Below are positions 45,996 to 54,148 of a stretch of DNA of 64,000 nt, piece by piece (the stretch's first letter is position 1; each line of letters starts with the position of its first letter). Source of the stretch: Candidatus Parcubacteria bacterium. GTDB taxonomy: Bacteria > Patescibacteriota > Minisyncoccia > Phycocordibacterales > Phycocordibacteraceae. A program made the position numbers and the translations under genes. The notes beneath the pieces were generated by a model. That model was not told where the DNA came from and made no database searches. It saw only the letters and a program-made list of their open reading frames with translations. The DNA is taken from positions 150,037-214,036 of the forward strand of contig JAXDML010000010.1 in NCBI GenBank assembly GCA_034666125.1, in the 5' to 3' direction.

Positions 45996-46607
45996 TCAAG
46001 TAAGGGGTTGCGACTCCCCTACCTTCAAATTTGGAAGGAATGTGTTGAAAATAGAAAGCCTAAAACTATCTGAGAAATGCTTCCATTCTTCCATTAAGGA
46101 TCGGAGAGTCTCGAAGCCCGCTTTTATAAGAAGCTGGTCTCTCTCGTCGTCAGGATTCTTGCCACCGTGAAAGAGGTTATTTCGTATTGAATGCCAGAAC
46201 TCAATCATATTTCTCCAGTCTTCCAGATTACGAATCCTTCCCTGTTGGTCACAAAAATGACTTTCCTGGTCCTGTACGTTCTGACAGTCACAATCCCAGT
46301 ACCAGATCGCATGAACATCGTCCGTATTTTTGTCGAGCTCGCCCAAGGGACGTTCATCCAGCTCATTTTTAATAGACTGCCAAGACTGCTGAAGATGGTT
46401 ATCCCTAGCAACTAAGTCAAGGTACATATTTCGCACCTCTGCATCGTATTTAAGAGCTCGAATTGCGCTTGAGTCTGTCACTCTGTTTGTAAACTTAATT
46501 CGCTTCAAATATGCAATAAATGCCAGGTACTCGAAAACATACTTTGAAAAGTAGTCCTCACTACCGGCCTGGGCGTGCCAACTTCTTATTAATTGTTCGA
46601 AGTCCAT
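45996..46607 (-). CDS. Hypothetical protein with HEPN-type Rx4H motif (candidate RNase), third gene of a compact 3-gene operon
   Basis: WHSIRNNLFHGGK contains R-N-x3-H, as in HEPN catalytic motifs. 203 aa, helical. Starts 9 nt after the stop of the 4-TM gene. Confidence 0.45.
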   Translation of the reverse strand: MDFEQLIRSWHAQAGSEDYFSKYVFEYLAFIAYLKRIKFTNRVTDSSAIRALKYDAEVRNMYLDLVARDNHLQQSWQSIKNELDERPLGELDKNTDDVHAIWYWDCDCQNVQDQESHFCDQQGRIRNLEDWRNMIEFWHSIRNNLFHGGKNPDDERDQLLIKAGFETLRSLMEEWKHFSDSFRLSIFNTFLPNLKVGESQPLT

Positions 46608-46616
46608 TAGCAGTCT

Positions 46617-47066
46617 CTACTTAATTGATAGGTTAAAGATTCTCCTTGTAATCCAAATACAGCGTCCAGTTTTTATAATAACTAAAAAAACAATGGCCAA
46701 GAACATGAACATTTCTACCTTCGGAGATGCGTCTATGTTTAGTACCTCTCTTAGGATCAGAATAATAACTCCAAAGGATATCCAAAAAAGTGCGTTTACA
46801 ATTATATCCATTACAGTTCGAAACGACTTTGTCTTTTTGAAATAAACTAATTTTTCACTGTCGTTAAAAGAGAAAATTATAGCCATGAAAGCCATAACAA
46901 ACCCCAAGAGTCCAATCAGTGACTCAGTCATATTAAGTAAAAACTCGTTGCTTAACGAGGAAGACAAATTGAAACGGAATAAGAAATACGTTATTCCACC
47001 CGCGCATAGAAAAGTGAGTAAGGTATCTATAGGCTGAAAGAATTTTTGATACCAATTCTTTAACAT
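46617..47066 (-). CDS. Small 4-TM membrane protein (middle gene of the 3-gene operon)
   Basis: 149 aa with four hydrophobic helices. ~33% GC. Starts 3 nt after the stop of the upstream 306-aa gene. Confidence 0.55.
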   Translation of the reverse strand: MLKNWYQKFFQPIDTLLTFLCAGGITYFLFRFNLSSSLSNEFLLNMTESLIGLLGFVMAFMAIIFSFNDSEKLVYFKKTKSFRTVMDIIVNALFWISFGVIILILREVLNIDASPKVEMFMFLAIVFLVIIKTGRCIWITRRIFNLSIK

Positions 47067-47069
47067 ATT

Positions 47070-47990
47070 TTATTCACCTATAATACTTAGAAGATCGCCC
47101 CGCTTCTTTTTGTAGGCAGCGCAGATATTTTCGAACATATCTTTCGGGTCAACTTCTCGAGCGTTGTTTAATTTAGTAGTTCTAACTTCGTACACCATTT
47201 TGTCTTTGAGGAGGTCAAAGTCTTGAATTTTTTGTGTCTGAGAGTCCCAGGCTTTGATATTAAAACGATCAAATTGCTCACCGGGGTAGAAACGTCCCAC
47301 ATACCCCTTTAAGTTTTTAAGGAATGTCTTTCGTTCAGTGCCCTTAAGAATCGGCTTCCTGCCGTTCTTTTTTGGTCTTAGTACTAGTTCGATTTCTTCC
47401 AAATCTCCAAAGGAAGACGCAGTCCTGAGGGATGAATAAAGATTCGAGTCCAGATTTTTTATACTGTCGACGTGATTCTTATGTACCATTAGGGAGATTG
47501 ATGTAATATCTCCCATTCTACTAATTTGTCGGAGCGCGTCCTTATTAAATAGAATATTAAAGTATAAGAAAAGTGGATTCTTTACTCCAATATTTACGTT
47601 CTCCATCTTTTCGTTCAGATACTTAGCAAGTGTGCCAATGCGCGGTCCATAAAAGTTATATTCCATAGCTACGATGCCCTTCTCAGGGAAATACACAAAG
47701 TGTGTAGGTATGACCAGACCCTCGCTATCTTTAAGTTTTAGGGGATGAACTTTTGTGTCGTCAACCGACGCGACAGAAGGAAAGTCACTACCTCTCCATT
47801 CGTATAAACTTCCGTAAATTACCCCCTTGCCCGTGTCTTTTACGGTGCAGAATATCTTTCTGTCCCTCTCTCTTTCCCAGAAGATATCTTTTTGATCCAG
47901 TGAACTTAATTCTTTAACAACGTCAACAAAAGTGCCGTTCATAACAGCCGATCGGTAGAAGTAGACCTGTCGCACAACAGTTTCCTTCAT
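47070..47990 (-). CDS. Hypothetical 306-aa cytoplasmic protein (first gene of the 3-gene operon), unknown function
   Basis: No TM and no confidently recognisable catalytic motif. A weak GS..DD nucleotidyltransferase-like pattern (YGSLYEWRGSDFPSVASVDD) does not fit the canonical spacing. Lowest GC in the window. Confidence 0.5.
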   Translation of the reverse strand: MKETVVRQVYFYRSAVMNGTFVDVVKELSSLDQKDIFWERERDRKIFCTVKDTGKGVIYGSLYEWRGSDFPSVASVDDTKVHPLKLKDSEGLVIPTHFVYFPEKGIVAMEYNFYGPRIGTLAKYLNEKMENVNIGVKNPLFLYFNILFNKDALRQISRMGDITSISLMVHKNHVDSIKNLDSNLYSSLRTASSFGDLEEIELVLRPKKNGRKPILKGTERKTFLKNLKGYVGRFYPGEQFDRFNIKAWDSQTQKIQDFDLLKDKMVYEVRTTKLNNAREVDPKDMFENICAAYKKKRGDLLSIIGE

Positions 47991-48315
47991 GAGGCCTTCA
48001 TTTTACCACCAGGGTGAATCTTGTACAGACGGACCCAATGTCAAGCCTTTAAAAGGCTTGTGAGCTCCTTTCGCTTTGATAGAAACTTTGCTTCTATATT
48101 TCCGTGACTGATTTCAAAACACGTTAGGATCTACTTGACCTAAACTAGGCTGTTTGGCCTGGCGTGGTCTAAAAACGCGACAAACATAGAAAACCCGTCA
48201 TCAGGGCGTTTGTCGCGTTATAGGGGTAAACTCCTATAGGGGCTTCGGCCCTACTGGTGGCGGGTTTTGTGTTTGCCCACCTCCCCGCCCCGTCTTACTT
48301 CCCTAGTAAACGAAC

Positions 48316-48798
48316 ATGGCACAAGAAACTACTGTTACTGAAGACACTAAGGTCTGTCCGAAATGTGCGACAAATATCCCCAAGCAAGCAATACGCTGCC
48401 CTAACTGTAGGAGCAAGATAGGAACCTCGAGACTTGGAAAGCTTCTTGCGATCTTCTTCGGGCTCTTCATTGTCATGATGGTCATCTCAGTTCAAAGTGC
48501 CACCCCTACCCCACGAGTCCCTGGACCTGAGACGGAACCGGGCTGGGCTGACTCTGCCGCAGGAAAACTTTGTTCCAAGCACCCTGACTGGCAACCGGAA
48601 GAATGCGTTAAGGTTGCTGGAAAGAAGATCTGGATCGGTATGGACTACGATATGCTCGTATATCAATACGGAAAGCCAGATTCTATAAACCCTTCTAACT
48701 ATGGAGGCGGAACAAGATACCAATACTGTTGGCATGATTACTCCCCTTCTTGCTTTTATGACGAGAATGGGGATAACAAGATAGACGCTTATAACTAA
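48316..48798 (+). CDS. Zinc-ribbon / TM / extracytoplasmic domain protein
   Basis: CPKC...CPNC zinc ribbon, one TM (LLAIFFGLFIVMMVISV), and a C-terminal Cys-containing domain. Confidence 0.5.
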   Translation: MAQETTVTEDTKVCPKCATNIPKQAIRCPNCRSKIGTSRLGKLLAIFFGLFIVMMVISVQSATPTPRVPGPETEPGWADSAAGKLCSKHPDWQPEECVKVAGKKIWIGMDYDMLVYQYGKPDSINPSNYGGGTRYQYCWHDYSPSCFYDENGDNKIDAYN

Positions 48799-48886
48799 GC
48801 TGTTTATAATTATTGGAACAAAGACGCGTGCGTAACGAGTCAATGGAAGTCTTTGGTGAGGAAATTCCCTTATCAGTTAGGTTCCA

Positions 48887-49258
48887 TTGACTATGTCAAC
48901 ATCCATAAAAACGAAGACATACGAGTGTCTTACAAGTGTATTTAGCTCCGAATATATAGAGATTGCGAAAGATCTCTATATACGAATGGTGCGTGACTAT
49001 AGACCAAGTACCTCGGGAGAACTTGCTCTAATTGAGATGGCAGTACGATCTCTCGTACGGTCTATGCATTTATCGAAAGAAATTAGCGGTCAGATAGATT
49101 GGGAAGGCTGCTCGAAGACACGCACGATCGTTTCTTATATAGACCTATTAAGTAAGCAAGTCGATCGAGAAGATAGGAAGTTTATTCAGCTTATAAACGA
49201 GCTCAAGAACTTTACCCCTAGTGTAATTCGACTTAAGGGTACTGTTCTCCCTACTTAA
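48887..49258 (+). CDS. Hypothetical protein
   Basis: 123 aa with no motifs. Confidence 0.35.
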   Translation: MTMSTSIKTKTYECLTSVFSSEYIEIAKDLYIRMVRDYRPSTSGELALIEMAVRSLVRSMHLSKEISGQIDWEGCSKTRTIVSYIDLLSKQVDREDRKFIQLINELKNFTPSVIRLKGTVLPT

Positions 49259-49368
49259 AATCGTACTAATTCGTTCCGAATAAGGTGAGGTTGATATACT
49301 GGACTCGGTAGGCTATAAGTGGAATAAGGCAGGGACAAAATGTGTTCTAAAATAGACTGATTCTCGAC

Positions 49369-50004
49369 TCACTTGTTTATCTCAAGGAAGATTGTCGCAA
49401 GCAAGTCCATCATGGTGGCAGCCGTAGGTTTAGACTCGGGAGTTTCGGATGCACACGCATTATCTGCCCACAGTCCCTCCTTATTCACTCGTGCTGTTGT
49501 CTCTGCCTCTTTAAACTGAGCCTGGTATTTGTACGGTAAGTTGTATGTATATTCCTGGGCAAACCCTTCCTGGATCATCTTTAAATTAAGGTTAGATCCG
49601 TTTTCAAGAAAAATATATCCAAGTCTCCTATTGTATTTGTCGTAGGTACCCTGGGATGGGTCTGTCTCGACATACACTTTTGCGTCAGTAAGGAGCGCCT
49701 TGGCTCGATTAGAGGCCTCGCGACCAAAACACTCGACCGCTTGAGTTGGATGAACTGTTTCAGGAGTATCTATACCAATGAGTCGGAATGTCTGAACTTC
49801 GTTATCTATGCGAATTTTTACCGTATCTCCATCTACGACGTCAACAACAGAGTAGAGACTGCTAGGTGCTTGGAAGCCTTCCTCAACAGATTGAGTTTGT
49901 TTCGCTACTTCCCCTCCCGATCTATCTGTAAGAAATAGTAAGCCCCCACCAACAAAAAGGATGCCAATGCAACATGCTGTTAATTTTTTGAGAGCCGCAC
50001 TCAT
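49369..50004 (-). CDS. Secreted thermonuclease (staphylococcal nuclease/SNase family)
   Basis: Signal anchor; SNase motifs VVDGDTVKI, FRLIGIDTPE, RRLGYIF, GLW. Confidence 0.75.
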   Translation of the reverse strand: MSAALKKLTACCIGILFVGGGLLFLTDRSGGEVAKQTQSVEEGFQAPSSLYSVVDVVDGDTVKIRIDNEVQTFRLIGIDTPETVHPTQAVECFGREASNRAKALLTDAKVYVETDPSQGTYDKYNRRLGYIFLENGSNLNLKMIQEGFAQEYTYNLPYKYQAQFKEAETTARVNKEGLWADNACASETPESKPTAATMMDLLATIFLEINK

Positions 50005-50019
50005 TCCTAGAGTATATCT

Positions 50020-51015
50020 CTAGGGCGTGTGATTCATGGGTAACCGAAATTCACCCATATCCTCCCCTATCTGATACTGAGTGGCAGAAATAACCTTTAA
50101 GTCCCCCAAATCGAGCATTTTGTGATGGTTAGGACATAGCACGAGCATATTTGATGGGAGGTCTGCACCAGGAAGTCGTTTGGCAATTGGCACAATGTGG
50201 GCTACTTCAGAATAAAGGTTTCCGCTTCTCTGTCTGAAGGTAAATCCACAAATTTGGCATTCGTTTTTATACTTCTCCTTCATCCGACGAACGAGAGATA
50301 CGTTGCGCTTAATAACGGTCACCTTCCTGGCTACAGATTCAGGCACGTCATCCGCATGACGTTGCTGCCATTCGAGTAGCAGTGAATCCTCTTCCTTATC
50401 TCGTGTAAGCGCGTCGACCTCCGCGAGTTCACTTGCAGTGAGGTCTTCCTTCCCACTAATACTATCGAGCAAAGCCACGTCTTTTGCCTTAAGTCCAGGA
50501 GAGTATGCGTCGAAGAATGAATCTAGACTTCCGTAAGTTGCATAGATCCTGTCCAAAGCACCTTCACGTAGACTTACGAAACCCTGAACAACCATCTTGT
50601 CGTCATAGGCTCCTAATTCGCGGATAATCTCAAGAGGAAGCTGAATTGGCCGAAGTTCGTCGAGAAAGAATAGGTATTCCCAGGTTTCTTCTTTTTGCGG
50701 GATATTGCCCCACAGAGCTCTCGCGATCTCGGCGCTCTGCTTTTTCAATATACATTTACCCGTATACACAAAAACTCCTTTTGCGTAAAAAAGAACACTG
50801 TCACCCGGTTGCATTTGATCCCAATAGAAGCGCCTCCCTTCTCCACTTCCCCATATATAAAGCTGGTCTTGTACACCCAGAGCCTGCTCTTCCTCGGTCG
50901 AGAGATATTGATGTATATGGTCACGTGGGTAACCGCTGGCAAGCGTTGCAATAAAGTTTGCCTGCGATGTTTCGTTGCTCCGAGGAGCCAGGTATATCTT
51001 TGGACGTTCAGCCAT
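50020..51015 (-). CDS. HNH endonuclease with N-terminal PUA-like (EVE/ASCH-type) domain, candidate modification-dependent nuclease
   Basis: Start at MAERPKIY. HNH: CQICGFTF..SEVAHIVPIA..N.LVLCPNHHKMLD. N-terminal GDSVLFYAKGVFVYTGK-type PUA-like pattern (fold assignment is inference). Confidence 0.65.
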   Translation of the reverse strand: MAERPKIYLAPRSNETSQANFIATLASGYPRDHIHQYLSTEEEQALGVQDQLYIWGSGEGRRFYWDQMQPGDSVLFYAKGVFVYTGKCILKKQSAEIARALWGNIPQKEETWEYLFFLDELRPIQLPLEIIRELGAYDDKMVVQGFVSLREGALDRIYATYGSLDSFFDAYSPGLKAKDVALLDSISGKEDLTASELAEVDALTRDKEEDSLLLEWQQRHADDVPESVARKVTVIKRNVSLVRRMKEKYKNECQICGFTFRQRSGNLYSEVAHIVPIAKRLPGADLPSNMLVLCPNHHKMLDLGDLKVISATQYQIGEDMGEFRLPMNHTP

Positions 51016-51116
51016 ATTTCCTTGCACAAAGGCTACGCCTGAACCGTAGTATGTCAATCGCCGCTGATTTGAGACAATCTTAAAAACAAAAAGATCACAT
51101 AGCGCGGACACCAACT

Positions 51117-51320
51117 ATGTCTCGGTCCCGGGAACGTATAGCCGAACATGTCGTTCAGCGCATAGCGCATCCGTATTTTCGGAGAAAGGTCGCGGAAGAA
51201 TTTCGGCAGGGCTTCCAGGGTTCTGTCGGTGACGACTTGCTCCATGCCGTGGTTCGCGAGAAGGAAGAAACCCGTAGTCGAGAGGGATTCGCGAACGGCC
51301 TCTGTAAACTAAGCCCCGAC
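51117..51320 (-). pseudogene. Fragment of a 2OG-Fe(II) oxygenase gene (DIOX_N region) truncated at the island junction
   Basis: The minus-strand translation ..STTGFFLLANHGMEQVVTDRTLEALPKFFRDLSPKIRMRYALND.. matches the N-terminal GFF(Q/L)VxNHG region of 2OG-dependent dioxygenases. A stop lies upstream and the low-GC island lies downstream; no HxD..H core is present. Confidence 0.4.
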
Positions 51321-51351
51321 CCATTAAAGAAACACCCCGAGCAAGCTCGGG
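51318..51351 (-). terminator. Rho-independent terminator downstream of pyrF
   Basis: CCCCGAG-caag-CTCGGGG. On the minus strand it is followed by TGTTTCTTTAAT. Confidence 0.6.
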
Positions 51352-51387
51352 GCGGCTTCCCTATGAGGGAAGACTCTCTTCTCCGCT

Positions 51388-52137
51388 TCACGCGGCCTTC
51401 GAGATCTCCTCGATGGTTCGCATGGCGGCGTCGTAGGGGTCCTTGGCATGGACGATCGGACGGCCGACCACGATGCGATCGGCACCGGCGGCGATGGCCT
51501 GGGCCGGGGTCATGATCCGGTTCCGGTTCTGGTCGCCCGGGTCGAGTGCCCAGATCGGCCGGATCGCCGGGGTATTGATGGTCATCGCGTTGCCGACGAG
51601 CTGCCGCAGCATTGCGGCTTCGGCACCGGAGGCGATCAAACCGTCAACGCCCGCTTCCTTGGCCATCTCCGCGAATTCGGCGACCGCCTGCTCGGTCAGT
51701 TCGCGGCGATACATCCTCGTCACGTCCCTGTCCTCGAGGCCGGTCAGGACCGTCACGCCGAGCACCTCCGTGTCCGGCAGAAGGGCCTTCAGAGCCGCCA
51801 TCCCCTTCACACCGGAGCCGCACATGACCGTGAGCAGGTCAGGACCGGCCTCGCGCAGGAATATGGCGTCGGTCTCGAGGGTCTCGCGGATGTCGCAGAG
51901 CTTCAGGTCCGCGAACACCCTGAGGCCGCGTTCGCGAAGCTCGCCGATCACACCATAGCCGAAAGCCCGGAGCGGCGCGTTCACTTTGAACGTGACGCCG
52001 GTTCTCCCGAGGCAGTCGGCAAGTGCGAGGACCTGCCGGTAAGCGACGGCGACTCCGTCGGGGCCCTCGGGCCTGAAGTCCGCCGCGACGATCAGGCGTT
52101 GTGCCGGCTCCAATGCCGGTCTCCCGTCCTTGCGCAT
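51388..52137 (-). CDS. pyrF: Orotidine 5'-phosphate decarboxylase
   Basis: Start at MRKDGRPALEPAQRLIVAADF. Conserved FKVN, FADLKLCDI, and IVGRPI motifs. The N-terminal extension of ORF 51388..52293 is rejected. Confidence 0.85.
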   Translation of the reverse strand: MRKDGRPALEPAQRLIVAADFRPEGPDGVAVAYRQVLALADCLGRTGVTFKVNAPLRAFGYGVIGELRERGLRVFADLKLCDIRETLETDAIFLREAGPDLLTVMCGSGVKGMAALKALLPDTEVLGVTVLTGLEDRDVTRMYRRELTEQAVAEFAEMAKEAGVDGLIASGAEAAMLRQLVGNAMTINTPAIRPIWALDPGDQNRNRIMTPAQAIAAGADRIVVGRPIVHAKDPYDAAMRTIEEISKAA

Positions 52138-52168
52138 TTCGTACCGTTCCTTTCTCGGCCGGTGGCCG

Positions 52169-52852
52169 TCAATCGTAATGGGCGTTGAGGCGGCCCCAAT
52201 TCTCCGCAGATTCCTTCGGCCGAATGGCCTCCGAGCCCTGCGCGCACAACGGGCATTCCTCGGCCGCCCAGATCGGCAGATGCCGGGTGACAAGCGCGAT
52301 AATCTTGCGCCCGTCGACTTCCTCGAGGCCCGACCGGTTCACCAGGACCGCGACGTAGGGCAGGAGATCGCCCAAAGCGCCCGTAATGGCCGTAGCCGCA
52401 CGGTTGACGCTCCCGCCGGTCGTGATCACGTCTTCGCACAGAAGAACGCTGTCGCCGTAGATCGCCTTGGCCTCGTCCTGGCTGAAGACCATGGTCCGCT
52501 CCTCGCCTTCCCCGCTTTTGGCTGGCGAGGACCAGGAGCAGCCGAGCTCGTGGGCGATGAGCTCTGCCAGGTCCGTGGCCCCGGTCTGGGGGCCGACGAC
52601 CCGGTCGATGAGGCAAAGGATTTCGCCCCGACCATCGATGAGCTCGACGAGGTCCTGGGCGGCCAGGTTGAGGAGCGGCTTATCTTCGATGACCAGCTTG
52701 CTGTTGAAGAAGCCGTTCGAATGCTGTCCCGAAGTCAGAAGCGCGTGAGGACGGCGCGGATTGCCGTCGTGGATCCAAAGCGCACCCAGATCCTGGTAGG
52801 CTCGAAGCCACCCGTTCTCGTCTCTATGCATTTCCCTTCCTTCTCGTTTCAA
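52169..52852 (-). CDS. pyrE: Orotate phosphoribosyltransferase
   Basis: PRPP-binding motif VLLCEDVITTGGS and the OPRTase N-terminal pattern. Confidence 0.85.
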   Translation of the reverse strand: MKREGREMHRDENGWLRAYQDLGALWIHDGNPRRPHALLTSGQHSNGFFNSKLVIEDKPLLNLAAQDLVELIDGRGEILCLIDRVVGPQTGATDLAELIAHELGCSWSSPAKSGEGEERTMVFSQDEAKAIYGDSVLLCEDVITTGGSVNRAATAITGALGDLLPYVAVLVNRSGLEEVDGRKIIALVTRHLPIWAAEECPLCAQGSEAIRPKESAENWGRLNAHYD

Positions 52853-52945
52853 ACTGCTGCACGCTTAAGGGCGGTGCAATGCCGATACTCCGGAGATAAC
52901 GATAATAGGATATAGGGGAATTGGCAATACTGACGACTTGAAGCT

Positions 52946-53926
52946 CTAAACGTCCCACACGAAGCCGTTCCCGAAGTGCCCGTACTTCGCGGTCTCCCGG
53001 AATTGCGGTTTTCGAAGACCCAGCGCTTCGATGATCGCCGAAGGGCGCAGATCATATCCCTGGATCCCCTCCTGCACGCCGTCTATGGTTACCACGGCCA
53101 TCAGGGGCTCGGCTACGCCTATGGCGTACGCGAGGTGCGCATACGTCTCCTTCGCGCCGTGCTTGCGGAGATAGTCGACGGCGATGCGGCGCGCCATGTA
53201 GGCGGCACTCCGGTCAACCTTCGTCGCATCTTTGCCCGAGAACGCACCGCCACCGAGAGGGATGTTCGGGCCGTAGTTATCGACCGCAAGCTTCCTGCCC
53301 GTAAGTCCGGTGTCGGCGCCGAACCCTCCGACCAGCCACTCGCCGTTCGGATTCCGTAACCATGCGTCCTTGAGTTCCGTGCCGTCCGCGAGGAAGGGGA
53401 CGATCTCCTTCGCGACGGTTTCCTCAAGCCGTTTGTTGTCCTCATCGGACGGCGCGCAGAACGACGTCACGAAGGCGGTGACGCGGCCCTGATCGACCGT
53501 CACCTGGGCCTTGGCATCGTGCGCTCCCATGGCCTTTGCGAGTTTCCGCGAGAGCATGACCTCGAGCGGCAGGAATTCGGGAGTCTCGCTTGTAGCGTAC
53601 CCGACCATGATGCCCTGGTCGCCGGCGCCGTCCTGGTCGACGCCCTTGCCGATCTCGGTGCTCTGCTCGACGACGTTCACTGCAACGCCGATGTCCTCCG
53701 CATACCCGCACTCGCGATACGTGTCTTTCGCGATCTTGCGGATATTCACCTGTGCCGTCGTGGTGAGCTCTCCCGTCACCGTGATAATGCCGTGACCGCC
53801 GAGGACTTCGACGGCTGCTCGCGTATGCGGATCTTGCGCGAGGCAGGCGTCGAGTACCGCGTCCGATATCTGATCGCACACCTTGTCGGGATGGCCGATG
53901 GAAACTGATTCTGCTGTTCTAATCAT
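52946..53926 (-). CDS. metK: S-adenosylmethionine synthetase
   Basis: Start at MIRTAESVSIGHPDKVCDQISDAVLDA. GHPDK and the downstream MetK signature regions are present. The upstream extension of the ORF is rejected. Confidence 0.9.
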   Translation of the reverse strand: MIRTAESVSIGHPDKVCDQISDAVLDACLAQDPHTRAAVEVLGGHGIITVTGELTTTAQVNIRKIAKDTYRECGYAEDIGVAVNVVEQSTEIGKGVDQDGAGDQGIMVGYATSETPEFLPLEVMLSRKLAKAMGAHDAKAQVTVDQGRVTAFVTSFCAPSDEDNKRLEETVAKEIVPFLADGTELKDAWLRNPNGEWLVGGFGADTGLTGRKLAVDNYGPNIPLGGGAFSGKDATKVDRSAAYMARRIAVDYLRKHGAKETYAHLAYAIGVAEPLMAVVTIDGVQEGIQGYDLRPSAIIEALGLRKPQFRETAKYGHFGNGFVWDV

Positions 53927-54134
53927 AAGGGTAGGTGTTATCTCGAAAATAAAAACTCCCTCCGCAGGGAGGGTCGAGCCGTGATAGCTGTATCTTCCCT
54001 TGCGGGTCGGATGGAGCACCTACTTGGTCACGCGCGGTGACTAAGGGTTGCTGGACGGATCACGGAGCCGATTCTCTACCCGTCGCTCTTGATAACGATA
54101 TGGAGTTGTACCGGAAGTATAGCATCGTCGGCGG

Positions 54135-54140
54135 TATACT
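54135..54140 (+). promoter_or_regulatory. -10 TATACT 8 nt upstream of the MBL hydrolase ATG
   Basis: ggTATACTtaggaagtATG. Confidence 0.35.
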
Positions 54141-54148
54141 TAGGAAGT

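Noticed and set aside
47070-47990. CBASS CD-NTase or Kiwa KwaB identity for the 306-aa island protein
   Set aside because: The GS..DD pattern has the wrong spacing for pol-beta NTases. Gene order (soluble then TM) is opposite to Kiwa. No specific family could be supported from sequence alone.
51117-51515. Plus-strand ORF and minus ORF 51155..51391 across the island junction/pyrF terminator
   Set aside because: They cross a rho-independent terminator and the pyrF 3' end. The better explanation is the 2OG-oxygenase N-terminal fragment on the minus strand.
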